Below, piece after piece: positions 9,389-17,628 of a stretch of DNA of 64,000 nucleotides. The notes beneath the pieces were generated by a model, which saw nothing but the letters and a program-made list of their open reading frames with translations, ran no database searches and had not been told where the DNA came from. The stretch lies in the NCBI GenBank assembly GCA_965250225.1, contig CBDFNQ010000035.1, positions 1,641 through 65,640 on the forward strand, written 5' to 3'. A program made the translations under genes and the position numbers. The stretch's first letter is position 1, and each line of letters opens with the position of its first letter. Origin of the DNA: Gammaproteobacteria bacterium. Its GTDB lineage: Bacteria > Pseudomonadota > Gammaproteobacteria > Eutrophobiales > Eutrophobiaceae.

Positions 9389-10114
9389 TTAAAGATTAAT
9401 TCTGCCCAGAGTATCTTTCTGTAAAAAATTAACTATCCATTGCATCAGTATTTGATTATCCGGGTTATCTGACAGGGAATTATAACCGGCTTCAAGTCTG
9501 TCATCTGGAATACTATCAGCTCTTACTTTCATTAAAGCGCGACAGAAATCCTTGCTGAATTCAGGATGGCCCTGGATACCCAGCATGTTTTCACCACATT
9601 GGAATATAAAATTAGTACAGTGATCATTACTGACGAGTAGCTCCGTATCTTCCGAAATTCGGATGACCTGATCTTTATGACATATGATCATATTGAATTG
9701 GCTCAAGCTGGGCTCCATCCATGATTTTTTCTGCAACACTTTGCTTTTGATTAATCCTATCCCCCAACCAGAATCGCTAAGTACAACTTTACCACCTAGT
9801 GCTTTGGCCATTAACTGGTGGCCAAAGCAGATCCCAACTAGTTTTTTTTCCTGTTTTTGACAACTACAGATAAACTCTTCCAGTTCTGGGATCCAGGCAT
9901 CATCATCATTCGCACTGGCACGGCTTCCTGTCATGATATAGGCATCACATTCATCGATATTAACTGGGAGATGATTATTCGTAACATTGTATATTTTGTA
10001 CTCAAATCCAGCACCAAGCGTATTGAATGACTCGATAAACATATAAGGATAATCTTTGAAATCATTCTGTAGATTTTCGTTTACACAATCACATTCAAGA
10101 ATACCAATTTTCAA
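9389..10114 (-). CDS. Class I glutamine amidotransferase-like protein
   Basis: Nucleophile elbow GICFGHQLMAKALGG and GHPEF (His/Glu of the triad). Confidence 0.75.
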   Translation of the reverse strand: MKIGILECDCVNENLQNDFKDYPYMFIESFNTLGAGFEYKIYNVTNNHLPVNIDECDAYIMTGSRASANDDDAWIPELEEFICSCQKQEKKLVGICFGHQLMAKALGGKVVLSDSGWGIGLIKSKVLQKKSWMEPSLSQFNMIICHKDQVIRISEDTELLVSNDHCTNFIFQCGENMLGIQGHPEFSKDFCRALMKVRADSIPDDRLEAGYNSLSDNPDNQILMQWIVNFLQKDTLGRINL

Positions 10115-10227
10115 TTTTGATTCTCCATGAAATACTACGATATATTGAATACCTAACTTAGTTTTTACCTAAATGCCAAATATAGATTATAGTAAATGAA
10201 ATTCAGGGTACATAAAATAAAAATATT

Positions 10228-10920
10228 ATGATTACACCAGTTATACATATTCATGATGAGATCTATAAATTGGGTATTGTTGTAAATTTTATCGTCTTTA
10301 AAAATTTAAAAAATCAAAAATCAGATCTGTCTTTTTATGAATATGAACAGCAGGTTTTGTCTGAATTAATTCCAGGCTTGAATAAAGAAATGATTAAGGA
10401 AGATCATGTCCTGGAAGGGTATCGAATTTTACGAACAAAACTTGGTTTATCAAGAAACAAAACTATTTGTTCATCTGAGGCTTTGCTTAAATATATATTG
10501 AAGAAAAACAAACTTCCTCATGTGAATCTACTCGTTGATATTTATAATTTACTCTCAGTAAAAACGCATATTTCTATTGGTGCACATGAGCTTGGTATGA
10601 TTAATCAACATCTGGATCTCAGGATCACAAATGGAGATGAAATATTCATCCCCATGGGCTCGGATGAGCCTGTACAAATCCAGGAGGGGGAATATGCTTA
10701 TATCGATGGGGGCAATGAAATTCTATGTCGGCTTGATCACAGGCAATGTCATAAAACCAGGATAACCGAATCTACCCAATCATGTTTGCTAATAATTCAA
10801 GGAAATCCCCATACATCAAATGAACAAGTTGATACTGTTACTGAAGAGTTGGTGAAGTTAGTCAATAAATATTGTGCTGGTGATGTAGAAATTCTTCAGC
10901 ACCAAATATCATTGGGGTAA
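10228..10920 (+). CDS. B3/B4 (PheT-like tRNA-binding) domain protein
   Basis: Size and pattern (VNLLVDIYNLLS...GAHEL...) are consistent with stand-alone B3_4 domain proteins. Assigned from memory of the family only. Confidence 0.5.
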   Translation: MITPVIHIHDEIYKLGIVVNFIVFKNLKNQKSDLSFYEYEQQVLSELIPGLNKEMIKEDHVLEGYRILRTKLGLSRNKTICSSEALLKYILKKNKLPHVNLLVDIYNLLSVKTHISIGAHELGMINQHLDLRITNGDEIFIPMGSDEPVQIQEGEYAYIDGGNEILCRLDHRQCHKTRITESTQSCLLIIQGNPHTSNEQVDTVTEELVKLVNKYCAGDVEILQHQISLG

Positions 10921-10925
10921 TACTT

Positions 10926-11360
10926 ATGTTGCATAATGTTTTTGCCTATGGAACTTTAATGTTACCCCAGGTAGTTGAAGCCTTGACGGGAAATTTCTTT
11001 ATCCCCAAAGCCGCGACACTTAATGGTTATTCGCGTTATGTATTTAAAAATAAAATTTATCCTGGAATAATCGAAGATAGAAGCGGGAATGTTGAAGGGG
11101 TGCTCTATAGCGATATAGATGAATACACATTATCGATTTTAAACTGGTTTGAGGATGTTCTTTATGATCGTCATTTTCTCACAGTGCAGGTCGATGGTGA
11201 AAAAATACAAGCACTTGTCTATGTGGTTCCGCAAAAGAATCAGTATATGTTTGATAATATTTCATGGACATTAGAAAAATTCATAGAAAATTATTCTGAA
11301 ATATATATTCAAAAATGTATTGGTTATAGAAAACAATGGCAAGATTGCAAAGGCAGATAA
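10926..11360 (+). CDS. Gamma-glutamylcyclotransferase-like (AIG2/GGACT family) protein
   Basis: The N-terminal VFAYGTLM motif is typical of the AIG2/GGCT fold. It starts 6 nt downstream of the B3/4 gene. Confidence 0.6.
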   Translation: MLHNVFAYGTLMLPQVVEALTGNFFIPKAATLNGYSRYVFKNKIYPGIIEDRSGNVEGVLYSDIDEYTLSILNWFEDVLYDRHFLTVQVDGEKIQALVYVVPQKNQYMFDNISWTLEKFIENYSEIYIQKCIGYRKQWQDCKGR

Positions 11361-11504
11361 TTGTTGCATGTCTAATCTCCGGTCATTCTCTTAATATTAA
11401 GTATCCCGTTTTTTCTGAGATCGTAAAGTACCATTAAGATTAGAAATAGTTAGACCAATCAGATGATTTGTTTAATAAAGTAACTGTTATTTTTTAGTTA
11501 AAAA

Positions 11505-12974
11505 TTATTTAAGCATAGGCGTTAATACTTTGGCTAATCGTTTAACATGGGCATCCATATCTGCACTCGGTACACAGGCGTATCCAAATAGTAAACCGAA
11601 ACGATCCGGTTTATTAAGATAGTGTCCTGATAAAGCGGGAACAACATAACCCTCACCACATGCTGCATTTGACAAGATTTGATCATTATTCTGATTAATA
11701 TAACCCACAAGATGCATACCGGAGTTAGATGATGATAAATGAATCGTATTTCCAAAATATTTTCGAGTTGCTTTTAATAGCAGGTTTTGACGTTCGGCAT
11801 AGAGGTTTCTCATGCGGCGTATATGTGTTGTGAAATACCCCTCATCGATGAATACTTGCATTGCCGCCTGCAATGGAATTGGAGAATGTGTATCGACAGC
11901 ACGGCGTGCATGGGAAAAAGTTTCAATCATGAATTCAGGAATAACAAGGTAAGCCATGCGAATGCCAGGAGCAAATACCTTGGAAAAAGTACCAAGATAC
12001 AAAACCGGTGCATCTTCAATCAGTCCCTGTAATGCGGGAAGGGGCTGTCCCCTATAACGAAATTCGCTATCGTAATCATCTTCTATAATCCAGGCATTTC
12101 TGGAACGAGCCCATTCAAGTAAGCGTATGCGTCGTTCCAAACTCATAATAGCGCCTGTCGGAGACTGATGCGATGGTGTTACATAAACTAATGATCCCTT
12201 TTTACTTTGTTGCATTTTCACGGTAATTAACAGGCCTTGTTGATCTACCGACACAGGTTTCATTTTAAGTTGAGCAGCGGCAAAAGCGCTCCTCGCACCG
12301 GTATGCCCGGGGTCTTCTAACCATATTGTTTCTCCCGGATCGGTGAGTAATCGACAGATGAGGTCGAGACCTTGCTGAACGCCATTAACGATAAATATTT
12401 GTTCTGGGCTGCAACGTACTCCTCTGGCTACAGCCAGATAAGATGCTAATGATTTTCGCAAAGGCAAATAGCCCGCAGTAGGGCCATAGTTCATTTCTGA
12501 AGGTGTAATAATTTTGTGTGCATGGTTAACAGCACGTTGCCACTGTCGAAATGGAAAAACATCCAACGCGGGTATTCCTGGGACAAACGGAGGAGGACTG
12601 CCGGAAGGAGCCTCTGATGTATAGGCATCAAGCATAGCTTGACCACGTTTTGACGTACGTACCTTCTTATCACTTATAAATTTCTTTTTAATGAACTGAG
12701 ATTGGTTAAATTGAGTGCTTATAAAGGTTCCTTTGCCAACACCGCTCGTAATAAAGCCTTCTGCCTGTAGTTGTTCATAGACCAGTACAATTGTATTTCT
12801 GGATACACCAAGTTCGTTAGCCAGCGTACGGCTGGACGGTAAACGCGCCCCTTTAACTACATGGTTGTTTAGGATAACGGATCGGAGAGTGTTATAGATC
12901 TGTTTATATAGGGAAATAGAATTGTCACGACTTAAATCAAAAAGTGCAATCAATGCTCCAGCTGAATATTTCAT
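11505..12974 (-). CDS. MocR/PdxR-type regulator (GntR wHTH fused to a fold-type I aminotransferase domain)
   Basis: The N-terminal wHTH is LPSSRTLANELGVSRNTIVLVYEQLQAEGFI. The C-terminal aminotransferase-like domain has TFSKVFAPGIRMAYL (PLP lysine). Confidence 0.85.
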   Translation of the reverse strand: MKYSAGALIALFDLSRDNSISLYKQIYNTLRSVILNNHVVKGARLPSSRTLANELGVSRNTIVLVYEQLQAEGFITSGVGKGTFISTQFNQSQFIKKKFISDKKVRTSKRGQAMLDAYTSEAPSGSPPPFVPGIPALDVFPFRQWQRAVNHAHKIITPSEMNYGPTAGYLPLRKSLASYLAVARGVRCSPEQIFIVNGVQQGLDLICRLLTDPGETIWLEDPGHTGARSAFAAAQLKMKPVSVDQQGLLITVKMQQSKKGSLVYVTPSHQSPTGAIMSLERRIRLLEWARSRNAWIIEDDYDSEFRYRGQPLPALQGLIEDAPVLYLGTFSKVFAPGIRMAYLVIPEFMIETFSHARRAVDTHSPIPLQAAMQVFIDEGYFTTHIRRMRNLYAERQNLLLKATRKYFGNTIHLSSSNSGMHLVGYINQNNDQILSNAACGEGYVVPALSGHYLNKPDRFGLLFGYACVPSADMDAHVKRLAKVLTPMLK

Positions 12975-13051
12975 TTTGCACCCAGGCAGAATAAATGGTT
13001 ATATAAACTATAATAATATCTACGAGTTGAGAGTACCAATATTTTTAAAAT

Positions 13052-13084
13052 TGGCTCTGTAATTAAATACTGTAATGGCTCTGT
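13052..13084. promoter_or_regulatory. Direct repeats TGGCTCTGT (13052-13060, 13076-13084) with interleaved CTGTAAT. Candidate MocR operator.
   Basis: Read in the divergent intergenic region between the MocR gene and the molybdoenzyme gene. MocR-family regulators are known to use direct repeats. Confidence 0.35.
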
Positions 13085-13136
13085 TCAATAATTATTTATT
13101 TATCAATACTAAGCCGTTAGAAATGAGGAGAGCAAC

Positions 13137-15161
13137 ATGAGCGATATACAGACTATCCTGACGACCTGTCCCAAGGATTGCTACGATGCCTGTGGTATTG
13201 CTGTCGTTGTGAAAGATGGGGCAATTTCTAATGTTCGTGGTGATCCTGATCACCCCGTAAGCCGAGGGAAATTATGTAAAAAATGTTCTATCGCTTATAA
13301 CAGTGTTTGGCGTGATCCCGAAGCTCGTGTGACAGAACCTTTACGTCGTATTGGTCCTAAAGGTGATGGTAAATTTGAATCCATTTCCTGGGATGAGGCC
13401 ATTGAAACTATTGCCAGTCGATTTAAAAAAATTATCGACGAGCAGGGTGCCCATACTATATTGAATACACATTATACCGGTACCTTTGCCATGATCGGTT
13501 TTCATTTCCCAATGCGTTTTTTTAATCGATTGGGAGCCAGAGAAGTGAACCCCGATTCAGTGTGTAATCTTGCTGGTCATATTGCCCTTGATTATGTCTA
13601 TGGTTCATCGTTGGATGGGTTTGATCCACGCACCGCAAAAGACAGTGAATGTATTGTCATCTGGGGAGCCAACCCATCAGCTTGTGCACCGCATGTTGAT
13701 CAATATTGGCTAGATGAATCCAATGCAACCGTGATAGTTGTTGATCCTATACGTACGCCGACAGCGACAAATGCTGATCTACACTTGCAGCTTTTTCCTG
13801 GTAGTGATGCCGCATTAGCCTATGGCATTATGCATGTGTTAAATCGTGATAATTTATTGGATAAGGCGTTTATCGAATCTTATACCAATGGGTTTGAACT
13901 ACTTCTTCCAATGATTGAATCATTCACTGTTGAAAAGAGCTCTGAGTTAACAGGTGTTCCAGTTAAATTAATCGAAGACATGGCAAACATTTATGCCAAG
14001 GGACCTTCATTGCTATGGTTTGGACAAGGATTTCAACGCCAGGCTCGAGGTGGTAATGCGATGCGGACTTGTAGTTTATTACCCGCACTCACAGGTAATA
14101 TTGGAAAACCGGGAACAGGCTTTTTGTACCTTAATGGTTTGGGAAATCGTAATGTCGATGACAGTTATTTATTAGGCAGTCAATTGGCAAAAACTGAAAC
14201 AGCATCAATTAGTCATATGGATTTGGTTGATACGCTTGAAGATAAAAACAAATCCCAGGCTTTGTTTTGTTGGAATATTAATAATGTAGCTTCAAACCCG
14301 GATCAGGCACGATTAAAACAAGCGCTTTGCAGAGAGGATCTATTTACAGTTGTTGCAGATATTTTTCCTACTGACACCACGGATTATGCAGACATTGTTC
14401 TTCCCGCTGCGAGCTTTCTCGAATCAGACGATCTGTTTGCTTCTTATTTTGATCATAGTTTGTCGGCACAGGTAAAGACGACGGAACCAATGGGTGATTC
14501 ACTGCCTAACTCAGAAATGTTTCGAAGATTAGCAAAGGCTATGAATTTTAATGAACAGGAGCTCTATGAAAGTGACCATGAGATAATTGAGCATATATTA
14601 AAAGTAAGTAAGACGGGCGAGACATTTAAAAGCTTATCAGCCAAAGGGACTATTTCTATGGCAAGTGATCCTGTTGTACAGTTTTCAGATCTAAAATTTC
14701 CGACCTCGGATGGTCGTATTCATCTTATTTCTACAGAGGCAGAGGCTGATGGTCACCCACTGGTTCCTGAACCTCATGTGGATGATCGACCTGCAAATGG
14801 TTTACTGCGTCTACTCTCTCCAGCATCACCCTGGTTACTCAACAATACCTTTGGCAACGCGCCCAAGATTGAGACTCAGCTTGGTGAAGCAAGCGTCACA
14901 ATAAACCCCAAAGAAGCAGAATCACGTGGTTTAGCAGAAGGACAAATAGTTGTACTGCTTAACAATACCGGTAAGCTAATAGTGAAATTGCTATTGGATG
15001 AGGATATACCCACCGGCGTCGCATTAAGCCCTAAGGGACGTTGGCCAAAACGTCAGCCCGATGGTGCTAATGTTAATGTACTGAACCCAGGTTTAAAATC
15101 GGATATGGGTGATAGTACATCTGTACATAGTGTCGAGGTAGAAATTTCAGCTGCGAATTGA
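13137..15161 (+). CDS. Cytoplasmic molybdopterin (bis-MGD) oxidoreductase, substrate unknown
   Basis: 674 aa. It has an N-terminal 4Fe-4S motif CPKDCYDACGI...KLCKKC and no signal or TAT peptide. The body is MopB-like and the C-terminus is a molydop-binding barrel. Confidence 0.8.
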   Translation: MSDIQTILTTCPKDCYDACGIAVVVKDGAISNVRGDPDHPVSRGKLCKKCSIAYNSVWRDPEARVTEPLRRIGPKGDGKFESISWDEAIETIASRFKKIIDEQGAHTILNTHYTGTFAMIGFHFPMRFFNRLGAREVNPDSVCNLAGHIALDYVYGSSLDGFDPRTAKDSECIVIWGANPSACAPHVDQYWLDESNATVIVVDPIRTPTATNADLHLQLFPGSDAALAYGIMHVLNRDNLLDKAFIESYTNGFELLLPMIESFTVEKSSELTGVPVKLIEDMANIYAKGPSLLWFGQGFQRQARGGNAMRTCSLLPALTGNIGKPGTGFLYLNGLGNRNVDDSYLLGSQLAKTETASISHMDLVDTLEDKNKSQALFCWNINNVASNPDQARLKQALCREDLFTVVADIFPTDTTDYADIVLPAASFLESDDLFASYFDHSLSAQVKTTEPMGDSLPNSEMFRRLAKAMNFNEQELYESDHEIIEHILKVSKTGETFKSLSAKGTISMASDPVVQFSDLKFPTSDGRIHLISTEAEADGHPLVPEPHVDDRPANGLLRLLSPASPWLLNNTFGNAPKIETQLGEASVTINPKEAESRGLAEGQIVVLLNNTGKLIVKLLLDEDIPTGVALSPKGRWPKRQPDGANVNVLNPGLKSDMGDSTSVHSVEVEISAAN

Positions 15162-15206
15162 GTTTTTAGGAGTTCGTTTATTTGTCAGGAAGCATAATTT
15201 ACTCAA

Positions 15207-15362
15207 ATGGTTAATGAGGCACTGGATTTCGGAGCGCTGATCGCGCCTTTGCCGATAGAGGTTATCAGTGACTATCGATACTGTTTTGTATGTCCTGAGG
15301 ATCATTTGCAGCGACAAACCGTTAAACTTTTTCACGCATGGTTACTCGAACAGGTGGAGTAA
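15207..15362 (+). pseudogene. C-terminal remnant (~51 codons) of a LysR-family regulator
   Basis: The translation MVNEALDFGALIAPLPIEVISDYRYCFVCPEDHLQRQTVKLFHAWLLEQVE* matches the typical GcvA-type LysR C-terminus. No N-terminal HTH or effector domain lies upstream, since an in-frame stop occurs at 15195. Confidence 0.45.
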
Positions 15363-15391
15363 TTTATTGTCTGTAATGAGGAATAGGAATC

Positions 15392-15589
15392 ATGTCGCAA
15401 CTGAACAATTACCGCCGCAATAAATGCAATACTAACGTTAATCTATCTGACGAAGATATTTATCTCATGTTTATGTTGCATCAATACCAGCATATGAATT
15501 CTGAAAAATTGGCCAGGCGATTTGGTATAACAACCGCACAGGTGAGGGACATCATTGCTCGGCGCGCAAACTCAGGTTGCTGTGGATAA
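15392..15589 (+). CDS. Small (65 aa) HTH protein (Hin/Psq-like helix-turn-helix). Copy 1 of a direct repeat.
   Basis: LSDEDIYLMF...SEKLARRFGITTAQVRDIIARR has the pattern of a short HTH. GAGGAA precedes the ATG. A near-identical copy lies at 20527-20723. Confidence 0.5.
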   Translation: MSQLNNYRRNKCNTNVNLSDEDIYLMFMLHQYQHMNSEKLARRFGITTAQVRDIIARRANSGCCG

Positions 15590-15750
15590 TGGTTTTATAC
15601 TAGTTTCGTTTCTACCCTGCAAAGGTTAGGCACATAATTTGCCTTTAACTATTTTGTTTTGATGTAAATACATACAACTAAAAATAGACAGAGGCAAATT
15701 ATTAGACCATGATATTGCTGTTCCGTTAACATTAATTATGTCAGACAAAT

Positions 15751-15843
15751 ATGGATTGGAGCCTGGGAAACATGACTGGATGCGGCATTCGAGTGTACAA
15801 AGATGTGTTTACAGCGTGTCATGTTTCCCAGGCTCCAATCCAT
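15751..15843. repeat. Perfect 26-bp inverted repeat with a 41-bp spacer, ~90 bp upstream of the porin gene
   Basis: 15751-15776 (ATGGATTGGAGCCTGGGAAACATGAC) is the exact reverse complement of 15818-15843, verified base by base. Confidence 0.9.
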
Positions 15844-15932
15844 GTCTAAAAGAGAGTTTATGTTAATAATATCTAATGCGAACAAATATTTATAAATAAG
15901 CACAAACGAGTTAACGGGACAGCAGTGAAACC

Positions 15933-17150
15933 ATGACTCCAACGCATAATCATTCTGCTTTACGAGTGTTATTGACTTTGCTCTTGTTACAGGTGCACGT
16001 GGTAAACGCAGAACCTGAGTTTTCCTATAATGGTTTTGGCACCATTGGCCTGGCTAAAATCAGTAATAATTCCATATCACAAAACCAATCCGGCTCGTTT
16101 ATTACCGATGATTTTCGCTTTGCCCAAGACACCAAGTTTGGCCTGCAACTTGGCGCGTCTTTAAATGATTATTTTAGTGCTACCATCCAGGCCGTCATTC
16201 GTGACAGGGAAGACTATGATCCGGATCTGGAGTGGGCCTATGTCACGCTGGCGCCAAAACCGAACCTGAAATTCCGCCTGGGCCGTTTGAGGCTGCCGCT
16301 GTTTTACTATTCAGATACCATCGAAGTGGGCTTCAGTTATCCCTGGATACGCCCGCCTTCCAATGTCTATGAGGTTGGAGGGGTTCTCTCGAGCTATGAG
16401 GGGGGGGAAATCCTCTACGATCACTGGTTTGGTGGCTCCCAAGTCTCATTACAAGCCTATCTGGGTAAGAGCTCCGATTCAACGGAGCGGCCCGACGGCG
16501 AAGAAGGAAGTTTTAAATTCGAGGACATAGTTGGTCTCGTTCTAATGCTGGAGAGAGATTTTTGGGGACTTCGGGCCAGTTATCAACAAACCGATTTATC
16601 CCTCAGGGTCCCCTCGATCAATTTGCTGTCAAACGCTTTAAATGCAGCTGGCTTTCAAACTATTTCCAGTGCTATCAACTTGGATGATATTGAGACCACC
16701 TATATCTCTTTCGGTGCCTTTGCCGATTACAATGATTGGTTATTCCGCAGTGAATTCATCAACATCGATTTTGATGATCGTATATTGCCTGAGCAAAAAC
16801 TGGCTTATCTCACCATAGGTAGGCATTGGCAGGACTTTACCCTTCATTACACCTATTCCAGGCGCTATATGAATGGTAAGAAAGGCCTAAGTAATCCAAT
16901 TAATGCCGCCGCCGATGCCATACCCGTGTTTCCAGCTACTATCGGAGCCATAGCACAATTGAGAGCCCTGGCAGGCGGTGTTGATATACTGCTCGATGAG
17001 CTTGAATATAACCGGCAAAGCCATATATTGGGTGTTAATTACGGTTTGACCGATTCAACGGTTCTGAAATTCGAGGTAGAACATGTTCGTGATGATGACT
17101 CCAAGGATCACGCAACAATTTTTGGTTTCAGCTTTGACTATATATTTTGA
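15933..17150 (+). CDS. Putative outer-membrane beta-barrel porin
   Basis: Signal peptide ending VVNA-EP, alternating amphipathic strands, and a C-terminal FSFDYIF aromatic terminus. Confidence 0.6.
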   Translation: MTPTHNHSALRVLLTLLLLQVHVVNAEPEFSYNGFGTIGLAKISNNSISQNQSGSFITDDFRFAQDTKFGLQLGASLNDYFSATIQAVIRDREDYDPDLEWAYVTLAPKPNLKFRLGRLRLPLFYYSDTIEVGFSYPWIRPPSNVYEVGGVLSSYEGGEILYDHWFGGSQVSLQAYLGKSSDSTERPDGEEGSFKFEDIVGLVLMLERDFWGLRASYQQTDLSLRVPSINLLSNALNAAGFQTISSAINLDDIETTYISFGAFADYNDWLFRSEFINIDFDDRILPEQKLAYLTIGRHWQDFTLHYTYSRRYMNGKKGLSNPINAAADAIPVFPATIGAIAQLRALAGGVDILLDELEYNRQSHILGVNYGLTDSTVLKFEVEHVRDDDSKDHATIFGFSFDYIF

Positions 17151-17161
17151 TGTGTAAAACA

Positions 17162-17584
17162 ATGAAAATTATATTTTCAAAGTATCTGTTCCTGGCTTTA
17201 TTGTTTGCCGTAAAGCCCGGTCATGCGGAAACTATCATTATTGTCAATGGAGATAATAATATTGAACTGGATAGAGATACCGTTGCGTTGATCTACCTTG
17301 GCAAGGCGGTAATAACAGAAGAAGGCTCCCGCATTGTACCTCTTAACCAACCGGAAAATAGCCCTGCCTACGTTTCTTTTTCAAAGGATATTCTAAGAAA
17401 ATCACCTAAACAGCTAAAAGCTTACTGGGCAAAGCGTATATTCACAGGTAAGGGAAGGCCACCGAAAACTATCGACAGCGAAGATGAAATTATTACCGAA
17501 GTAGCGAAGGGAGACACCAATTACATTGCCTATGTAAACAAGATTGACAGTAACAATGATTTAAGAATCATCATACTTAGATGA
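17162..17584 (+). CDS. Small periplasmic PstS-like (substrate-binding-like) protein
   Basis: Signal peptide MKIIFSKYLFLALLFAVKPGHA. YWAKRIFTGKGRPPK resembles the short phosphate-binding-like family. It overlaps or abuts the porin stop, and the track start of 17147 is a TTG. Confidence 0.5.
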   Translation: MKIIFSKYLFLALLFAVKPGHAETIIIVNGDNNIELDRDTVALIYLGKAVITEEGSRIVPLNQPENSPAYVSFSKDILRKSPKQLKAYWAKRIFTGKGRPPKTIDSEDEIITEVAKGDTNYIAYVNKIDSNNDLRIIILR

Positions 17585-17628
17585 CGAAACTGCATTACAT
17601 TAAAACCTGCTTTTATCTGTATCCAGAT

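Noticed and set aside
15736-15942. A 68-aa minus-strand ORF upstream of the porin
   Set aside because: It spans both arms of the 26-bp perfect inverted repeat, so the open frame is a by-product of sequence symmetry. It also overlaps the porin start.
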